Positions 61,670 through 64,000 of a stretch of 64,000 nt of DNA are shown here, one piece after another. Made by a program: the position numbers and the translations under genes. How positions within the stretch are numbered: position 1 is the first letter of the stretch; every line of letters begins with the position of its first letter. The notes beneath the pieces are model-generated. The model did no database searches and was not told where the DNA came from. It saw only the letters and a program-made list of their open reading frames with translations. Source of the DNA: Gammaproteobacteria bacterium (GTDB taxonomy: Bacteria; Pseudomonadota; Gammaproteobacteria; Burkholderiales; SG8-39); the NCBI GenBank assembly GCA_041488375.1, contig JBGPPD010000001.1:16667-80666 (forward strand). Direction: 5' to 3'.

Positions 61670-64000
61670 CGCGGCGGGCGAAGAACAGCTGCAGGCGGTA
61701 CGCGTCGGCGCGCTGTACAGCGTCGGGCGCTCCGTGTATCTGACCTCGCCGCTCGTCGCCGCCCTCACGCTGGTGCTGCTGTGGGAACTGCCCGGACGCG
61801 GCGTGCTGCTGTCCTGGTTCGCGGCGGTGATCGCCGTCACGCTGGGCCGCGTGGCGCTGCACCGCGCCTACCAGGGCGCCGCGAACCGGCCGCTGGGCGC
61901 CCTCGCCTGGGAGCGGCGCTTTGCGCTGGGCGCGCTCGCGGCGGGCGCCGCCTGGGCCTTTCCGCTGGTGGTGATGTTCCCCGAAGGCGAGCCGCCGCAG
62001 CAGTTCGCGCTGCTGTTCGTGGCGACCGGCAGCCTGGTGGGGGCCGGCGGCGTGTACGCCTCCAGCGCGCTGACCTTCTACGCGTTCTGCTCGCTGCCGC
62101 TGGTGGCGATGGCCGCGCAACTGCTGGCCCAGGCGGACCGCAGCTACCAGTTGATGGGCGGGGTGGTGCTCGTGTTCTCGGTGGTGATGGTACGGGTGTT
62201 CGGCGACATCCAGCGCAACATGCTCGGTGCTTTGCGCGCGCGCATCGATAAGGAAGCGCTGCTCGAGCGCGTGGCGCAGAGCGAGGAGCGCCTGCGCGAC
62301 GCGATCGAGGGCTTCCCCGAGGGCATCGCGGTGTTCGACGAGCACGACCGCCTGGCGGTGTGCAACGACGAGTACGCGCGCGTCTACGGGGCCGGTCTCG
62401 GCGCCGAGCAGCTGGTCGGCGCGCCCGCCCGGAGCATCGCCGAGGCGGCCTACGAGGCCGAGATCGTCGCGCCGGCACCCGCCGGCGGGCGCGCGGGCTG
62501 GATCGCGGAGCGACTGGCGCGGCGCAGGCACGCGGCCAGCGTGCGCCAGTACCAGACGCGCGACGGCCGCTGGAAGCAGGGCCACTTCGTCGGCACGCGG
62601 CGCGGCGGCTCCGTGAGCGTATTCATCGACATCTCGGAGACCAAGCAGGCGCAGGCGGCCTACCAGGCGGTGCTCGCCGAGGAGCACCTGGTGCTCGAGG
62701 TGCTGCCGGCGGGCGTCGCGTTCATCGACAATCGCGTGATCGTGCGCTGCAATGCGCGCCTGGAACGCATGCTGGGCTACGCGCCCGGAGAGCTGGCGGG
62801 CCGCTCGGCGCGCGCGTTCTATCCCACGGAGGAATCGTGGCGCGCCGCCGGAAGCATGTACGAGCAGCTGCGCGACGGCGGCATCTTCGAGGGCGACGGC
62901 CCGCTGGCGCGCAAGGACGGCTCGCGGTTGTGGTGCCGCGCGCTGGCGCGCGCGGTCAACCCCGACGCGCCGCAGGAGGCCGCCATCGTCGTGTTCTCGG
63001 ACATCACGGACCGCCACGCCGCGGAGCTGGCGCTGCGGCGCAGCGAGGCGCTGTACCGCAGCCTGGTGGAGACCTCCAATGACCTGGTCTGGTCGATCGA
63101 CCTGGAAGGGCGCTGGACCTATCTCAATCCCGCGGCGGTGCGCCGCATCTACGGCTGCAAGGCGACGGACCTGGTGGCGACGCGCATGCAGGACCTGCCG
63201 GCGCCGGGGCTGCGCGAGCGCGACGCGGCGGTATTCGCGCGGGTGCTGGCGGGCGATGCCGTATTCCGGCACGAAACCCGCCACCGGCGGCGCGACGGCT
63301 CGCTGGTGGACCTGTCGTTCAACGCGGTGCCGCTGCGCGACGCGCGCGGCGGGATCGTCGGCGCCACCGGCACCGCGCGCGACATCACCGTGGAGCGCGC
63401 GGCGGCGGCGGCGCTGCACGAGGGCATCGAGAAGCTGCGCCTGGCGGTGGATGCCGCGGACCTGTACTACTGGGAATGGGACGCCGGCAGCGACCGGTTG
63501 CAATGGGGTCGCGAGCCGACCGGGCGCGCCGGGGAAGCCGGGCCGCCGGATGCGGCCGCGCAGAGCATGGCGCAGTACCGGCAGCGGGTGCACCCGAAGG
63601 ACCTGGAGCGTTATGACGCCGCCGGCCTCGCGGCGGCGCGCGGCGAGCCTTATGCGGTGGACGTGCGGCTGGTCGGGCAGGACGGCGCCGTGCACTGGAC
63701 GGCGCTGCGCGGCAAGATGATGTTCGACGGCTCGGGCCAGCCGGTGCGCATGATCGGCGTGTCGCAGGACATCACCGGGCGCAAGCGCCGCGAGGAGCAG
63801 GAGCGTTTCCTCGCTTATCACGACACGCTCACCGGCCTGCCCAACCGGCGGCTGCTGGACGACCGCCTGCGGCAGGCGACGAACCTGGCGCTGCGGCGCG
63901 ACGCGCGCGTCGCCGTGATGGTGATCGACCTGGACGACTTCAAGCGCGTCAACGACCAGCTCGGCCACCCCGCCGGCGACGCGGTGCTGCGCGAGGTGGC
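61641..64000 (+). CDS. membrane sensor with multiple PAS domains and GGDEF domain, 3'-truncated by window
   Basis: Hand-translated frame 0 (absent from track because open at window end): ~6 TM N-domain, PAS-like repeats, then YHDTLTGLPNRRLL...VMVIDLDDFKRVNDQLGHPAGD; start TTG 61641 or GTG 61734 uncertain. Confidence 0.85.
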   Translation, partial: MNAPTFKLPSAAGEEQLQAVRVGALYSVGRSVYLTSPLVAALTLVLLWELPGRGVLLSWFAAVIAVTLGRVALHRAYQGAANRPLGALAWERRFALGALAAGAAWAFPLVVMFPEGEPPQQFALLFVATGSLVGAGGVYASSALTFYAFCSLPLVAMAAQLLAQADRSYQLMGGVVLVFSVVMVRVFGDIQRNMLGALRARIDKEALLERVAQSEERLRDAIEGFPEGIAVFDEHDRLAVCNDEYARVYGAGLGAEQLVGAPARSIAEAAYEAEIVAPAPAGGRAGWIAERLARRRHAASVRQYQTRDGRWKQGHFVGTRRGGSVSVFIDISETKQAQAAYQAVLAEEHLVLEVLPAGVAFIDNRVIVRCNARLERMLGYAPGELAGRSARAFYPTEESWRAAGSMYEQLRDGGIFEGDGPLARKDGSRLWCRALARAVNPDAPQEAAIVVFSDITDRHAAELALRRSEALYRSLVETSNDLVWSIDLEGRWTYLNPAAVRRIYGCKATDLVATRMQDLPAPGLRERDAAVFARVLAGDAVFRHETRHRRRDGSLVDLSFNAVPLRDARGGIVGATGTARDITVERAAAAALHEGIEKLRLAVDAADLYYWEWDAGSDRLQWGREPTGRAGEAGPPDAAAQSMAQYRQRVHPKDLERYDAAGLAAARGEPYAVDVRLVGQDGAVHWTALRGKMMFDGSGQPVRMIGVSQDITGRKRREEQERFLAYHDTLTGLPNRRLLDDRLRQATNLALRRDARVAVMVIDLDDFKRVNDQLGHPAGDAVLREV

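Noticed and set aside
61578-63968. 796-aa minus-strand ORF, the longest ORF in this part of the track
   Set aside because: Arg/Ala/Pro/Gly-rich low-complexity translation with no recognisable motif. The opposite strand (plus frame 0) encodes clear TM, PAS and GGDEF sequence. This is a classic GC-rich shadow ORF.

Overview
High-GC chromosomal segment (roughly two-thirds G+C by eye, not computed). It is densely coding, with about 62 CDS called. I saw no tRNA, rRNA, CRISPR array, IS element, transposase or integrase. All family names come from motif recognition in the supplied translations; no BLAST or HMM search was possible.

Gene order looks like betaproteobacterial core genome (inference from synteny). 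In order:
- distal dcw cluster (murD'-ftsW-murG-murC-murB-ddl-ftsQ-ftsA-ftsZ) then lpxC
- DUF721 / M23 peptidase / secA / argJ / DUF815 ATPase / NUDIX-ThiE fusion
- minus-strand yacG-zapD-coaE-pilD-pilC
- CorC/CNNM-ypjD, divergent from ffh
- a GT-A-like gene and a phasin
- an EamA-P450-EamA operon, then gluQ
- trx-pirin-pirin-dps-fumC-GumN
- purN-DUF3108-rsmB, then an acyl-CoA desaturase
- rpmB-rpmG and radC, divergent from coaBC-dut
- fccAB sulfide dehydrogenase
- clpS-clpA, divergent from a cspD-like gene, then icd
- a TPR plus EF-hand/HupE-like pair
- a secreted Lys-rich mini-protein, DUF192 and a SulP transporter
- hyi-glcD-glcE-(antisense gene)-glcF-MopB molybdoenzyme
- the 5' part of a membrane multi-PAS GGDEF sensor

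Many of the longest ORFs in the six-frame track are shadow frames typical of GC-rich DNA. Many true genes start well inside the listed ORF, often at GTG/TTG or in 4-nt ATGA/GTGA overlaps.

This is mostly an ordinary housekeeping region, with no defence island or mobile element. The candidates for something undescribed are modest:
1. The translationally coupled EamA-P450-EamA operon, with a nested 13-nt inverted repeat in its leader.
2. The coupled TPR / EF-hand-HupE pair abutting icd.
3. A glycolate oxidase operon interrupted by an opposite-strand gene and extended by an orphan cytoplasmic molybdoenzyme.
4. A secreted poly-lysine mini-protein.
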